Counted from the first letter of the stretch, positions 24,835 through 41,516 are shown. The stretch: DNA of 64,000 nucleotides from Eledone cirrhosa (GCA_964016885.1 OZ024743.1:16988001-17052000); one strand, 5' to 3'. Made by a program: numbers and translations. Notes: a model not told the origin generated them from the letters alone.

Positions 24835-27800
24835 CTATTGGGGTGATAACCCGTTTAGTTTTGGTTTAAATTTGTTAAGGAATAGATTTTCTTTGTTTAT
24901 TCTTTGTTGTTGTGTGAACGAATCTGAGCACTTGTAGAAGGGGAAGATTTTAAAGTTGGGTAGTGTCATTCCTGCGCAGTTCGCAATATGGCTGCTCAAG
25001 GGGATTTTTCTTGTGTTAGCGTCCCGGATTTGTTGGCGGTGGATGGTCATTCTTTTGCGTAATGAGGTGCCCGTCTGTCCTATGTAGTTGTGTTTGCAAC
25101 CACCGCAAGTTATTGCGTAAATCAAGTTCTCCGAGTTGCAGGTGAAATTGTTTTTTACTGTAAATGTTTGGCCATCTTTGAATGTAAATGTTTGTCCTTC
25201 AGTGAGGTAGAGGCACGTTCCACAGTTTGTTCTACCACATTTGGTAACTGTAGGGTTGAGGATTGGTTTGGGTATATTTGGTCCAGTGAGAATGCGTTTA
25301 AGTGATTTGGGTTGTCTTTTACTTTTAAGGATCTTGTGTGTTTCAAGAATAGACTTCATTTTTACATCTTTAAGTTGGATGGGGAGGTTTTTGTGTAGGT
25401 GATCAAACATTTCGGTATTTCTGGGGTTGACAGTGGATACATATGGCAGGGTGTTGAGTGTGGCTTTCTGTTTTGGATTGTTAAGTTGATGGGGATTTAG
25501 GTGTTTTGCCCTGTCTATTCCATTGTTGATTATTTCAAGTGGAAAGGCTCTTAAGATAAGGGTGTATTTTAGTTCCTTTAGTATTTGCTCCCGTTTAGGT
25601 GGATCTGATACTATGGTACATATACGCTGGCCAAATTGTAAGGAATGTTAAGTTTGGTATGTTTTGGGTGACTTGATGTGAAAAAGAGGTATTGCTTGGA
25701 ATCTGTGGGTTTATAGAATATATCTGTATCTAATTTCCCGTCTATTACAGAGATGAGAATATCCAAGAAGGCTAATTCCTTAGGATTGGATTCCATTGTG
25801 AATTGTATGTTATTATCTATGTTGTTTATCATGTTTTTAAACGTAGTAAGTGAGTTCATGTCTTCTTGCCATAGGATAAAGCAGTCGTCTAGATATCTTT
25901 TCCAATTGGCTTTGAGGTGTGTGTGGAAAGAGTCTCCAAATAAGAGAAGGGACTGACTGTATATTTGTTGTTCATGGAATCCCATGACTAGGTTGGCATA
26001 TGTGGGTGCTACTTTCGTGCCCATTGCCGTACCTGATACTTGTCTGTATGTTGAACCATTGAATGTGAAGTAGTTATATTGTAGGATAAAGCGGAGTCCG
26101 TCAGTGATAAAATCTGTGTTGATGCCTGTCGGTATTTCTGATGGGTGTGTGTTAAGCCAGTATTGGACTGCTGTTATTTCATAGTTGTGAGGTATGTTTG
26201 TGTAGAGGTTTATTACGTCAAAGGAGACAAGAATTGTATTTGCACTTACTGTTTTAGGGAGGTGTTTCAGCATGTCAAGGTCATCTTTTATGTAGCTCTG
26301 TATATGTTGTAGAAAGGGTTTCAGTAGGATATCCAGAAAGTTGCTAAGTCTGTGGGTTTCACATGTAGGGCCTGCTATAATTGGCCTGAGTTTTAGGTCT
26401 TCTGGTGGTGTTAGTTCAATGTAATTGTTGGTTGAGGTGTCACATGCATCGTTTATGGGTTTACATTTGTGGAGTTTCGGTAAGCCGTAAAAAGAGCTTG
26501 TATTGCATTTGAAGTGGCTTATATAGTTAAACTCTTTTGTGGTTAAGCTGTTGCGGTATTTATTCAGTAAGGTCAAAAGGTTCCCCATTGTTTTGGTGTG
26601 TTTGTAGTTTTCTGTTTTTTCATAGTATGTGTTGTTTTCTAAAACGTTAAGTGCGAGGGTCCTATAGTAGTCCGTATTCATAATGACAACAGTACTGCCT
26701 TTATCGGCTTCTTTGATAGTTATCTCAGGGTTGTTTCTAAGTGAGAATAATTCTTCCCATTCGTGTGTAGATAGGTTTGATTTCGTGTGTTTATTTGTAA
26801 TTTTTTCATAGGGAAAGTTGGTGATGTGTTCGCAGTACGTGTCCAGTGCTTTATTTCTTCCCTTTTGTGGGCAGAAATTGCTTTTATTTCTAACCAGTGA
26901 TTCGTCTTCAGTGTTGGTGTCGTTGTGGAAGAATTCCGTTAGTCGCAGCTTTCGGCAGTATTCCATGATGTCATCCTTCATTTCGGGGAAGTTTGGTTTG
27001 CGTGGTGTAGGTGTAAATTTCAGGCCCTTTCTTAAAATGTTGATTTGTGTGTTGGTTAGAGGTGTCTTTGAGAGGTTGATTATTTTTGGTTTCTCCTGAG
27101 GGGGGGGGGGGCATCGAGTATCCTGGTATTTCAGGCTTTTCCCTAAAAAAGGAATGTAGTTTTGTGTGTGATTATAATTTGTTGGTCTGTTGCGTGTGGG
27201 TCTGTAGCTTGTTGCTTCATGAGGGTGAATGTGATGGTGGGGGTGGTATGTGTTGTGGTTGTTGATGAGCAAGGGTTCTGTTGTTGGTTCATGTGGTCTG
27301 GGTGCGTTATTTCTGTGGTACAGAGTGTTGAGGTTGGGGGGTTGTCTTTTGTTGGATTGAGGGTGATGTCTGGTGTGGTTGTAGGTAAGTTCTGTTGTGA
27401 TTTCAAGTGGTCTGGGTGGATTTCTTCTGAGGAATGTGGTGTGTGTGTTGTGAGTTGGATCTATGTTATTTCGTCGTTGGTTTATGTAGGGGGCATTTCT
27501 ACGGAAACCTGTGTTGTGGTGGTTGGGTGTGTTTCTTTTGGTGTAGTTGGTCGTATTTGGTTTGTGTTGGTGGGGGATGTGCCTGTGGTTAGTGTGTGTT
27601 GGGTTTGGTGGTGTAAATGTGTCTGTTGTAGTTCTTGTTATGTTCAAATGCTTTATAAAGGGGTTACCTGTTTGGTGCGTCCTTTTAAAGTCTTCTTCAT
27701 ATTCGAGGAACCAGTTTTCGGATTTTTCCCACCGTTTAAGGGAAATAGTTTCTGTATTCTCGCAGTCCTGTTTCCACGATTTGATTAAATTTTGTAGAGT

Positions 27801-28349
27801 TGTTCCCTCGGCCTTTTTAGTGCATTCTTCCTCCATATGTTTATCAGTATCCTTATACTCTTGATCGTTTGAGGTGGCCCTTAATTTTAGGAGTTCTATT
27901 TCCATGTTTATCCTGATGAGTGATATTTGTTCACGGAGTTTTCTTTCTGGTTCAGGTTCGTTTGTAATATGCTTTATTTGGAATTTACGTGGTAAAACTA
28001 TCGGTGTTGAGTTAATCCATTTTTGGTAAATTCCAGCTTTGTTGAGGTTTTTTATCATATTCCAGAAAGTGAATTTTCTGGTTTTTAGATGTTTTTTCCA
28101 GAGGTGTCCCATTTGGTTTTTTATATGGAGCAATTTCGTTTGTTCTGTGTTGGTATTCATAAGTTTTTCGATGGAGTTGCATACGTTTTGAACGTTTAAA
28201 TAAATTCGCTTGTCAGTCGGTGTGGTGGTTTGGGGTATATCCTGTTTTTTTGTCAGAATGGTGAGTTTTCCATTTATCTCTTTTAGGATTTTCAGGATTT
28301 CCTCATTTATATTGGAGTTTGAAGTTGTGTTGTCTTGTTCCAGTGCCAT
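24835..28349 (-). CDS. PLE B polyprotein: N-terminal domain, RT, GIY-YIG endonuclease (one frameshift near 25628)
   Basis: 912-aa ORF with IKEADKG, SFDVINLYTNI, GTAMG, KRYLDD. Continues in another frame to CGRTNCGTC...LIYAITCGGCKHNYIGQT. Confidence 0.9.
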
Positions 28350-28520
28350 TTTCCGGATTTGCGTAGGTTAGTATATATGAAAAGTGTAATTTTCTACACA
28401 AAACAAAGGTTATAGAGAAAATTGAAGTTGGTAATGGCACATGGAATATATAAGAGACAGAATACTTTTTTGTGAAAAAACATATAATTTTATAAGGTAA
28501 GGAAATAATAAAGGGTATAA

Positions 28521-28569
28521 AAAATGACCGGTTTCGATGGGTCTGCAAAAGCCATCTTTTCAAATGTTG
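28521..28569 (-). ncRNA. Variant minimal hammerhead (U3-A8 core) in 5' pLTR of PLE B
   Basis: Identical to 23840-23888. Confidence 0.7.
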
Positions 28570-29115
28570 ATTAATATTAAGAAAAATTAATAATACGAAG
28601 AGTTAAAATTTGAGATTTGAAAATTCAAGTATAAAATTCATTGTGGGATTTCATAGTAGTTTTCATCTAGGTAGCAACAACAGGTTGACTGCTGTGTCCC
28701 TTTCTGGTAGTGAATGAGAAGTTATTTGGGGTGTGGGTTATTTTATAAAGGTCAGATTTAGCAATGGCCAACTGGCCAGCTGCTGTTCAGTGAGGGGGTG
28801 GAAGCAATATACATACACATATCTTCCTGTGGTGGGTAGGGGAGTGGAGCGTGATAGAAAGATATGTGTATGTATATTGCTTCCACCCCCTCACTGACCA
28901 GCAGCTGGCCAGTTGGCCATTGCTAAATATGACCTTTATAAAATAACCCACACCCCAAATAACTTCTTATTCACTACCAGAAAGGGTCACAGCAGTCAAC
29001 CTGTTGTTGCTACCTAGATGAAAACTACTATGAAATCCCACAATGAATTTTATACTTGAATTTTCAAATCTCAAATTTTAACTCTTCGTATTATTAATTT
29101 TTCTTAATATTAATC

Positions 29116-29164
29116 AACATTTGAAAAGATGGCTTTTGCAGACCCATCGAAACCGGTCATTTTT
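29116..29164 (+). ncRNA. Variant minimal hammerhead in inverted pLTR tail of PLE B
   Basis: aacat TTGAAAA GATGG cttttgcagac CCATC GAAA CCGG TC atttt. Confidence 0.7.
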
Positions 29165-29262
29165 TATACCCTTTATTATTTCCTTACCTTATAAAATTAT
29201 ATGTTTTTTCACAAAAAAGTATTCTGTCTCTTATATATTCCATGTGCCATTACCAACCTCAA

Positions 29263-32060
<2,798 letters not shown>

Positions 32061-32306
32061 ATGTAGTAGTTGATGGAAAGTACTGCGCTTCACTTGATAT
32101 AGGTTGCCAGATTTGTCGGAATGGAATTGCTCCTATTCCGAAATTTGATACTCCGTATGAGTTCCAAGACATCATTTTCGAAGCGTAACAATGGTGGGAT
32201 ACACAGATGGTTATTATAGGTTTTAAACCCAACTTATCCTGTCTGTTGTTTGCTTTTCGCTGATTATCGAAATAAATGGCACGCCAACGCAACCTTTTAA
32301 TATATC

Positions 32307-32426
<120 letters not shown>

Positions 32427-32467
32427 TATACATATGTATACATATATATATATATATATACATATGT

Positions 32468-32539
<72 letters not shown>

Positions 32540-32649
32540 GTATATATATATATACATATATATATATACATATGTATATATATATATATAAATATATATA
32601 TATATATGATAATAAGGGCGCTGCGGAGTTGCAAATGGGTTACATATGA

Positions 32650-32785
32650 AAAATGTTTGTCCTTCGTCAGTGATCTTCCAACCATCATAGGCATTTCATC
32701 GCTTTAAAGACCATATACCTCTAGTTGGTGGAAGCCACGGCTAAAAAAAGTCGTTGGGACACGTAAATAAAGGGGACGCGAGGGT
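32650..32785. repeat. Short (TA)n-embedded repeat, paralog at 34100-34230
   Basis: Shared cagtgatctt...taaaga.catatacc...ctaaaaaaagt..tgggacacgta. Confidence 0.65.
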
Positions 32786-32879
32786 AAACAAACAAAATGG
32801 TGAAGCAACAGAAAGTGAGGAAGAAAGAGACAAGTCCCAGATTTCTATGAATTTAAGTATATATATATATATACATATG

Positions 32880-33002
<123 letters not shown>

Positions 33003-33039
33003 ATGTATATATATTTATATATATATATATATATATTAA

Positions 33040-33110
<71 letters not shown>

Positions 33111-33464
33111 GTATATGTATATATGTATAGAGACGCACAGTAGCATGTATATATATATACATGCACACATATATATATATGTACGTATGGATTTACCGAA
33201 CATTCATTATAATGCTCGGTTTGTTTGTAAACAAACATCCAGAATTAAGCCGTACAGTGTTTAGCAACCATCGTTGCCCTTTTGTTCAACACTGGCAAAT
33301 GAACGACGTACTAGTTTCAAGCTTATTAGCTATCGTCAGCATCGAAAACCTTCCTGAAAGTATATACGTCTGAAAGTATATACTTTCCTTATGCATATTA
33401 ACGGCTGAGCAGCTTAATTTGTATATTTTGTGAGGTAAACGGCCGGGCGCACCGAAAACGATAA

Positions 33465-33512
<48 letters not shown>

Positions 33513-33515
33513 TTA

Positions 33516-33657
33516 TAGTCCAGAATTAGCCGTCGAAACGCCTTGAGATCTGCCGCCGGGGTCCTGCTCATTCCTATTACCCACTCTACTACACTAAGCA
33601 TTGAGTACTTTGGTGCGTTATGGTCCATCTGGTTCCTTAACAAATTTCCTTCGTTAT
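33516..33657 (+). repeat. Short (TA)n-embedded element family X, single arm
   Basis: Homologous to 42437-42654 and 43926-44125. Confidence 0.8.
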
Positions 33658-33688
33658 ATATATGTATATGTATATGTATATGTATATA

Positions 33689-33833
<145 letters not shown>

Positions 33834-34236
33834 GGCAACAGTTTAACGGGCAAACAAATATATAAATAAAAGTAATGCAAGAGATATATAAAAAAAATAA
33901 GGAAATATAGTTAGGGTATGTGTATATGTATGTATATACATTCACAAATGTACATATGTGTATATGTACAAATGCATGTGTATGGTGAAAGTGTGTGCGT
34001 AAGTACATATATCAGGGCAAGTATATTTGGGTATATGTGACCACAAATACGTGACCATATATATATATATATATATATATGAATAAAATTAGAGCGAGAA
34101 GACGTCCGTCATCAGTGATCTTTCAGTCGTCGTTGGTATTTCTTCGCATTAAAGATCATATACCACCGGCTGTTGCGAACAATAACTAAAAAAAGTTATT
34201 GGGACACGTAGAATAGGGTGAAGCGAACGATCATAT

Positions 34237-34237
34237 A

Positions 34238-34274
<37 letters not shown>

Positions 34275-34289
34275 GTATGGGTGTCGGTG

Positions 34290-34363
<74 letters not shown>

Positions 34364-34410
34364 CGTGCGCGTGCGTGTGTGCGTGTGTGTGTATGTGTGT
34401 GTGTGTGTGC
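34237..34410. repeat. (GT)n microsatellite
   Basis: Direct reading. Confidence 0.95.
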
Positions 34411-35078
34411 AGATACGTGTATGCTCTGCAAGTGTGTACGTTTGCGGCTATGCATAAAAGTATGCATATAAAATAGAGAAATCGTTATTATTTCACTCTT
34501 ATTACAAAAAATAGATATTTATACGTATATTTGCATACATGCGTGTATGAATTTTTTCTCTGATAACATTAAGAATTTCATGGCGAGTGCAATATCAGAA
34601 ATGGAAAATGATAAGAATGAAAAGAAACAACACTCAAACATATTAGTAATTTGTATAAATATATTTTGAAAACACAACATCAAAGACGTACATTTTTACG
34701 TACATCTATAAAATAAATGAGTAAACAAACAAAGAATATTTTCAACCATGAAATATAAAATTACATGATTTAAGAAATATAACACAAGTAGTCCGTGATC
34801 AAGTAGATGGTGATGCGTTGATTGTTCTGCAGAAACAATCTCTCAATTAAATGAAATTTACCAACGATTATATCATTGGTGTTCTTAAAAAAAATCGATT
34901 AGGTAAATAAAAAGAAATATATATATATATATATATATATAAGTAGAAGTGGTATTTAATTTGTTGGAAGTCCGACAAATATAAATGTTTATAACTGATT
35001 TAGAGCACTCAACAGTTACTGGAGTAAATATTCAATGATATTAAATTATATATATATATATATATATATAATGATACA

Positions 35079-36123
35079 ACTTGATATATCTCATATGAAA
35101 TAATACAGCCAATTTTCCACACCATACAATTAGTTAGCACCCCGAACGTTTAGTTAGGAATATACTCACTTACTTCCTAATGTTTGTTGAGTGAGTTGGG
35201 CTTTGGCCGGAGTATCGCTATTAGCTTTCTCCGATGATGTATTTATTTATTTACTCTTGGAGCAACGGTTATGAACTTCCCGATATAAGGTTTGAATCTC
35301 TTTGTTTATTTTTATATATGAATATTGATTGTTTCTTGTATCTCATTCTGTTATTTTGCCCGAGAAAATATGTATGTGTGTCATCAACTGATGTACAGAT
35401 ATGGGTATCTTTTCAATTTCCAATTGAGTACTAGCACGTGGCTTGAATTCCTTTTAGAATTCATTGTCCTGCGCATGTATTGTTTTTTGGCGGTAATTAT
35501 CCTTCCTCTTTCTTTGAGACAGTATGAGAATTTCTTTAGAACTGCTGTGCTAGCAACCTAACAGCTACCTCAAGCACTGATGGTGATTATCGCTAATATT
35601 GATGTTGATTTGACTATCAATATTAATGTTATTGGGCACCCACTGAAGTATTATAAGAGCCCACTTGAATAAGTATCTGTTGATCTTATACAAGCTTCTA
35701 CATAAATTGGTATAATTTCACCTAACTTATAGGAATCTTATAATGAAACGAGACGTCCGTCTGGGAAGAGATATACTTGATATATCTCATATGAAATAAT
35801 TGTTTCTACTCTTGGCACAAGGCCAGCAATTATTCCAGTGTATTACTGGTACTTTATTTTATCGACCCCGTAAGGATGAAAGGCAAAGTTAACCTCGGCG
35901 GGATTTGAACTCAGATCATAAAGGGCCGTAACTCTTTGCTGCAAAGACCCTCTACCGATACTGCCAATCCATTATGAAATAATACAGCCAAATTCTCCAC
36001 ACAATACAATTAGTTAGCACCCCGAACGTTTAATTAGGAATATACTCACTTATTTCCTAATGTTTGTTGAGTGAGTTGGGATTTGGCCGGAGTATCGCTA
36101 TTAGCTTTCTCCGATAATGTATT

Positions 36124-36128
<5 letters not shown>
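35079..36128. mobile_element. Unclassified element with about 170-nt direct terminal repeats (35079-35250; 35776-36128 interrupted by a SINE)
   Basis: Direct repeat offset 697 nt, (TA)n on both flanks, no recognisable ORF. Confidence 0.6.
35801..35972 (-). mobile_element. tRNA-derived SINE with 11-bp TSD (TATGAAATAAT)
   Basis: A-box-like TGGCAGTATCGG and B-box GAGTTCAAATCC. TSD at 35790-35800 and 35973-35983. Empty site in paralog near 35094. Confidence 0.88.
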
Positions 36129-36170
<42 letters not shown>

Positions 36171-37124
36171 AAAGTAATTAAACCAATGTATTAAAATAAC
36201 GTAGAGGAACGGAAGAGAAAAGGGTTAAATAAACAATGGAGAGGTGCACATTCTGCGTAGCTTGAGTTAATAAATGATAGACAGGCAGGCAATATACTGA
36301 TCTGATGATGAGGTCGCGTCCATGGTAAGGAACCTGGAGCTTCCACTTTTGCCAGAGTGGGACATCTAAAAGAATGTTGCCTGTAAGTACGATGCAGTGA
36401 CACATCGCGTCCGCCGGGGTTTCTCGCGTGCGGATGTCTTGGCACAGTGCACCATGCAGGGAAAGATTTGTAGAAGCGAAATATCAAACGTACATACAAC
36501 CCGAAGTGTTCCATATCGATAGAGCATAATCTGTCAGTCAACTCTAGCGAGTTAGGTTTCTTCGCCACCAACCGCTGAAGTAAATCTTAAAGCGGGGTAA
36601 AATAAACTGCAGTCTGGGTAGACGGAATACTTAATAGAGTCTCATTCATTTTCAGTTTGCAGTAAGTCACATTTATCACCAATACAATTACGAGTTTGTA
36701 TCTAATCCATGAGGTGCAAATTACAGAAAAATGATTGTGATCTTTGTGTTGTCAAACCCTAGCGGTCAGCGCAAAGAGGAATGATAAATTGGTCACCTTC
36801 CTTGTCAACTGTAGTGGATGTGATCCCATTGCAAGAAGCTATAGGAAAACTGTGAATCCAATATGATAGCATCGACAAAGTGTGTGCATAGATGGGCACT
36901 GTCCCTAAAACATCTTTAGTATATGATTAATAATAATTATATAAAAGAAGTTACGAATATTCTCCAACATTGGTGGTGCCAGTCTCATGAAATAACTGAC
37001 CGCATGTGTAACCTATGCGAAATTAACGACTCCTTCAAGTAGCATCAGGCACTTTTAATATTTTCGGCAATGACTGGCCTTGTGCCAAAAGTAGAAACAA
37101 ATATTTTTCGGCAATGATATATAT

Positions 37125-37550
<426 letters not shown>

Positions 37551-37706
37551 TGATATATGTTCTGAGAGAGTCAGCCGAGACGCAAACATTAAGAAGCAAA
37601 GCTAAGTGAAAAAGACAAAGAAAGAGATAAAGAAAAATATGAAGAAAGAGATCCGAAAGAAAAAGTGAAGTGACATGACCACACAATACACCAGTTATTA
37701 TAATTA

Positions 37707-39448
37707 CACTCTGTAACAAAACACTTTTTTTTCTCTCTTCCTGGCTTATAATCACTTTTTTTGTGTTGCTTAGATCCCAAATAAATAAAAAAAGTGCTAT
37801 TAAACAGTTAAATGTTTGGGTTTGTAAACATTCTAAGTTATTCACTACAACTATTTGTATGCTGCATTTTACGTTGTATGTAAGTTTAATTTGCTTATGT
37901 TAAATGATTTTTTTATATATCTTTCAGGTTAAATTAAAATTATAAAATAAAGAGTAATACCTAAAGAAAATTATAAAAGAGCAATAAAGTATAAACTTGT
38001 TAAAGAGTGGATTAAAGAGATTTATTGATACAGGATTTTCGCACCCTAAATAATGGGTAAGTTGTGTTTTAACCATTCGTCTCCAGGATGAAGCAGTGGA
38101 ACTTGGTCAAAGAGGAAGTGCAGGTGACAAGTCAGAGAAGTCGACACGAACCTTTCTCAGGTTTTTACAATCTTAGGGATAGCTTCTGCTTCTGCCATGA
38201 CGTGCCTGGACTATTTGACATTATTGGGGTGCCGTTTGTGCCCAAGGAGTGGCGGCTATTTATAGACAGCTCCACCACAAGTTTGAAGACTGTCCACCTC
38301 CACAATGGAAACAAGTTCTGGACCTTGTGCCTAGCTCATTCAGTCTGCCTGACGGAAGATTACTAGTGTGAAAGTCCTCTTGGAAGCTCTGCAATTCAAC
38401 CAATATAATTGGGAAATCACTGGAGACTTCAATATGGTGGCTTTCCTGCTTGGACTCCAAGGAGGGTTTATCACATTCCAATGCTTCCTCTGCCTTTGGG
38501 AGAGCAGAGCCAACTCTGACCTCTACAAAAGAAACATCTAGGAGCAGCGAACAGAATTTGTAGTTGGGACCCGGAACGTCATGTGGGAGCCACTGGTTGA
38601 TCCGAGGATTGTGCTCATGCCGCCACTTCCCATTAAGTTGGGGTTGATGAAACAGTTTGTGAAGGCTCTTAACCAAGAATCAGCTGCTTTTAAGTACCTT
38701 CTTGAGTTCTTCCCCAAGTTATCTGAGGCCAAAATCAAAGGTGAAGTTTCTGTTGAACCTCAGATAAAGAAGGTGATTGAGCTAACCGAGTTCTCCAATA
38801 AGCTCAATAGGATTGAGAGAACAGCATGGAACTGTTTCAAGGCAGTTGTTAAGGGGTTCCTGGGCAACTACAGAGCTGAAAACTACCAGCAACTGGTGCA
38901 GGATCTGATAAAGGATTTTGGAACCATGGGATGCAGGATGTCGCTTAAATTCCATATGCTGGACGCTCATCTGGAAAAATTCAAGGACAATATGGGCGCC
39001 TACGCAGAAGAACAAGACGAACGATTCGACCAAGATGTGATAGAGATAGAGCGTAGGGACCAGGACAACTACAATGAAAAAATGATGGGGGACAACATCT
39101 AGGGTCTAGTACGGGAATGCGACCTGGACTACAACGGCAAATCCAGAAATCAAGTCATTTCTGCCGTGTATAAGTTGCTTTATAAGTGTTATTTGTTTTT
39201 ACTTGTTTGCTTTTGATAAGCTTGAGTAATAAAATAAATATATACTCTGTTGATTTAATTATATGATTTGATAAATTCAAAAAAAATGTGTTTTTTCTTG
39301 AAAAATATGAAAATTTCGAAATATCAAATTCCTGACCACAATCCCAAACTTCTGATTACATAATAGTGTTTTTTTTTCATAATAATGGGATATAACAAAC
39401 CATGAAATGACACTTAGAACCGGGGAACAAAAAAAATGTTACACGGTG
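37707..39448 (+). mobile_element. Chapaev3 (CMC superfamily) DNA transposon, internally deleted
   Basis: Imperfect TIRs CACTCTGTAACA and TGTTACACGGTG, 3-bp TTA TSD on both sides, transposase remnant. Confidence 0.82.
38082..39160 (+). pseudogene. Chapaev3-type DDE transposase, C-terminal catalytic part
   Basis: WRLFIDSS, GDFNMVAFLLGLQGG, CFLCLW, PPLPIKLGLMKQFVKAL, MSLKFHML, EEQDERFDQD. Confidence 0.85.
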
Positions 39449-40412
39449 TTATTTCAATGGCTCTCTTATGCAATCTTGGTCTAATTAGAGCTTTTCTTGT
39501 TGTTATTATGAGAACGGTATCCTGAGATGAAATTGGATTTTGTGTTATGCCGCCGGTAGATAAAACACCTTCTTCTGCTCGTGCGCCCTAAATGGCCTGC
39601 CAGCCGTCGTGTTTTCTGGATTAAAGTGTTATCCATGTGTCAATTAGTGAAATCAGGACTCACGCAACCCCCACGGAATTTGGGTCGTAAATTATGAAGA
39701 ATGTAACCCATCAAGTGTGTTGTGTTGACCTGTACCAAACGATAGTATATGCGTAGCTAGAATCCAGCAGAGAGTGGAAGCAATAAACTTAAATCTGAGG
39801 GCGGGTGAGATACACATTTTGATGACAGCCACATTCAAGATAATGGTTAACTACAACAACAACAACAGCAACAACAATAACATCATCAACAACAACAGCA
39901 AACACCGACGAATATCACATACGTTGGTCGTTGTAGTCGCAGTGATACTAATGTGCAGCTAACAACGACAACAGCAACAACGACGACGACAACGACAACA
40001 AAAAACGGAACTCTGGGGTATGGTGATATACACACTTGAGAGCTCTACTTAATCAACAGCAACAGCAACGACAACGACAACAACAATACCATCAGCAACA
40101 CCACTCCATCGCCTACACTGGCTGTTGCAGTAATCGCGATATTAGTGCACGATAGCCAGGCAGCCTCAAAACTACAAGGCAGCAATAAAACCAGTAATGA
40201 ACCGGGTGCACGATGAGAAGGACGTGTTTTTCCTGCAGGCAGCATATCACAAAATCTAATTTTATCCGAGGATACCGTTTTCATAACAACAAATGCATGA
40301 ATTACACCTTGATTGTATGGGAGAACCGTTGAAAAAATTATAATGAATAAAACGATTTATGTAACATCAGCATCTTTCTTACTGTTATTATTTGCATCAT
40401 AGAGTTACAGTT

Positions 40413-40536
40413 GTTTACGGTCTGAGTTCAAATAACGCCTAGGTTAACTTTGCCTTTCATCCTTACGGGGTCGATAAAACTGAGTACCAGTAATGCACTG
40501 CATTAATTGCTGGACCTCTGCCAAACGTAGAAACAT
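40413..40536 (+). mobile_element. tRNA-derived SINE, 5' truncated
   Basis: ctgagttcaaat...ttaactttgcctttcatccttacggggtcgataaaa...gtagaaaca-ttatt. Confidence 0.82.
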
Positions 40537-40579
40537 TTATTATACATACACATACCTCCCCCCCTACAACACGCACGCA

Positions 40580-40645
<66 letters not shown>

Positions 40646-40647
40646 CA

Positions 40648-40692
<45 letters not shown>

Positions 40693-40955
40693 GTATGGCC
40701 ATGTAGCCAGTATTACCAATACAAACAAAAAACACAGACACCTTATAATGTTCACTTTATCTTTATTGTTCGTTATTCATATGTTCATCAAAGTTCTTTC
40801 GTTACACATTCCGTGACGTCTTCAAAGATTATCTGTTTTGTGCTTCCTCATTTTCTTGGTCTCAAACTTCTACTCCATCATGTCTTTGTTCTGTGTTGCA
40901 TATTAGGCAGCATGCACCTACACATATTTTTTATATAAATATATATATATATATA

Positions 40956-41497
40956 TATTAAGATAAGCAGAACAACCAACATTCAACCAATTTTTTAAAA
41001 TAAATTTAAAAATATAATATAAATATTGACCTCTTCTAATGGCCCTTACTGATCAGTTTCGCTTTGTAAAACCCCAGAAATCCGATGGATATCTGATGGA
41101 AAACCAAAGCTCATCAGAGAAGCATTTTCCTTTCCTAGGGCTAAAAGACCCAGGAACGATAAGATATATGACCTCCTGCCAGCTAACACAGGTCTGATAG
41201 GTCGTAAAGGTGACCCGTATGTAAACCGGTCTGAAGTAAAAGCGGGAAACCACAGACTTGCTGTCTATAATTACTACTAAAAAAAATAGCAGTTAAATAG
41301 AACAACAGATTTGTTCACTACATAGCGGAGAATAATGAATGAAGTTAATATGTCCAAGGATACTAAGTACCCCTAGAAATACATACGTTGTCTATGATTT
41401 AAGGTTGTTCAATGGTATTAATTTGATATACCAGAACTTTAATATTAAGATAAGCAGAACAAGCAAAATTCAACAAATTTTTTAAAATAAATTAAAA
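40956..41497 (-). mobile_element. Hammerhead-containing 487-nt unit with about 55-nt terminal redundancy (solo pLTR or retrozyme-like)
   Basis: Direct repeat attaagataagcagaac...ttttaaaataaatt at both ends. (TA)n flanks. Confidence 0.65.
41042..41123 (-). ncRNA. Type I hammerhead ribozyme, canonical core
   Basis: ttct CTGATGA gctttg...caaagc GAAA ctgatcag TA aggg. GUA cleavage triplet, palindromic stem III. Confidence 0.85.
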
Positions 41498-41516
41498 TAT
41501 ATATATATATATATAA

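Noticed and set aside
36170-36620. Non-repetitive, coding-like stretch with a GTAAGT (possible host exon or DNA transposase remnant)
   Set aside because: Stops in all plausible frames and no motif I can confidently assign.
39855-40165. Diverged tandem duplication with (AAC)n runs
   Set aside because: Low-complexity sequence with no coding or structural signal.
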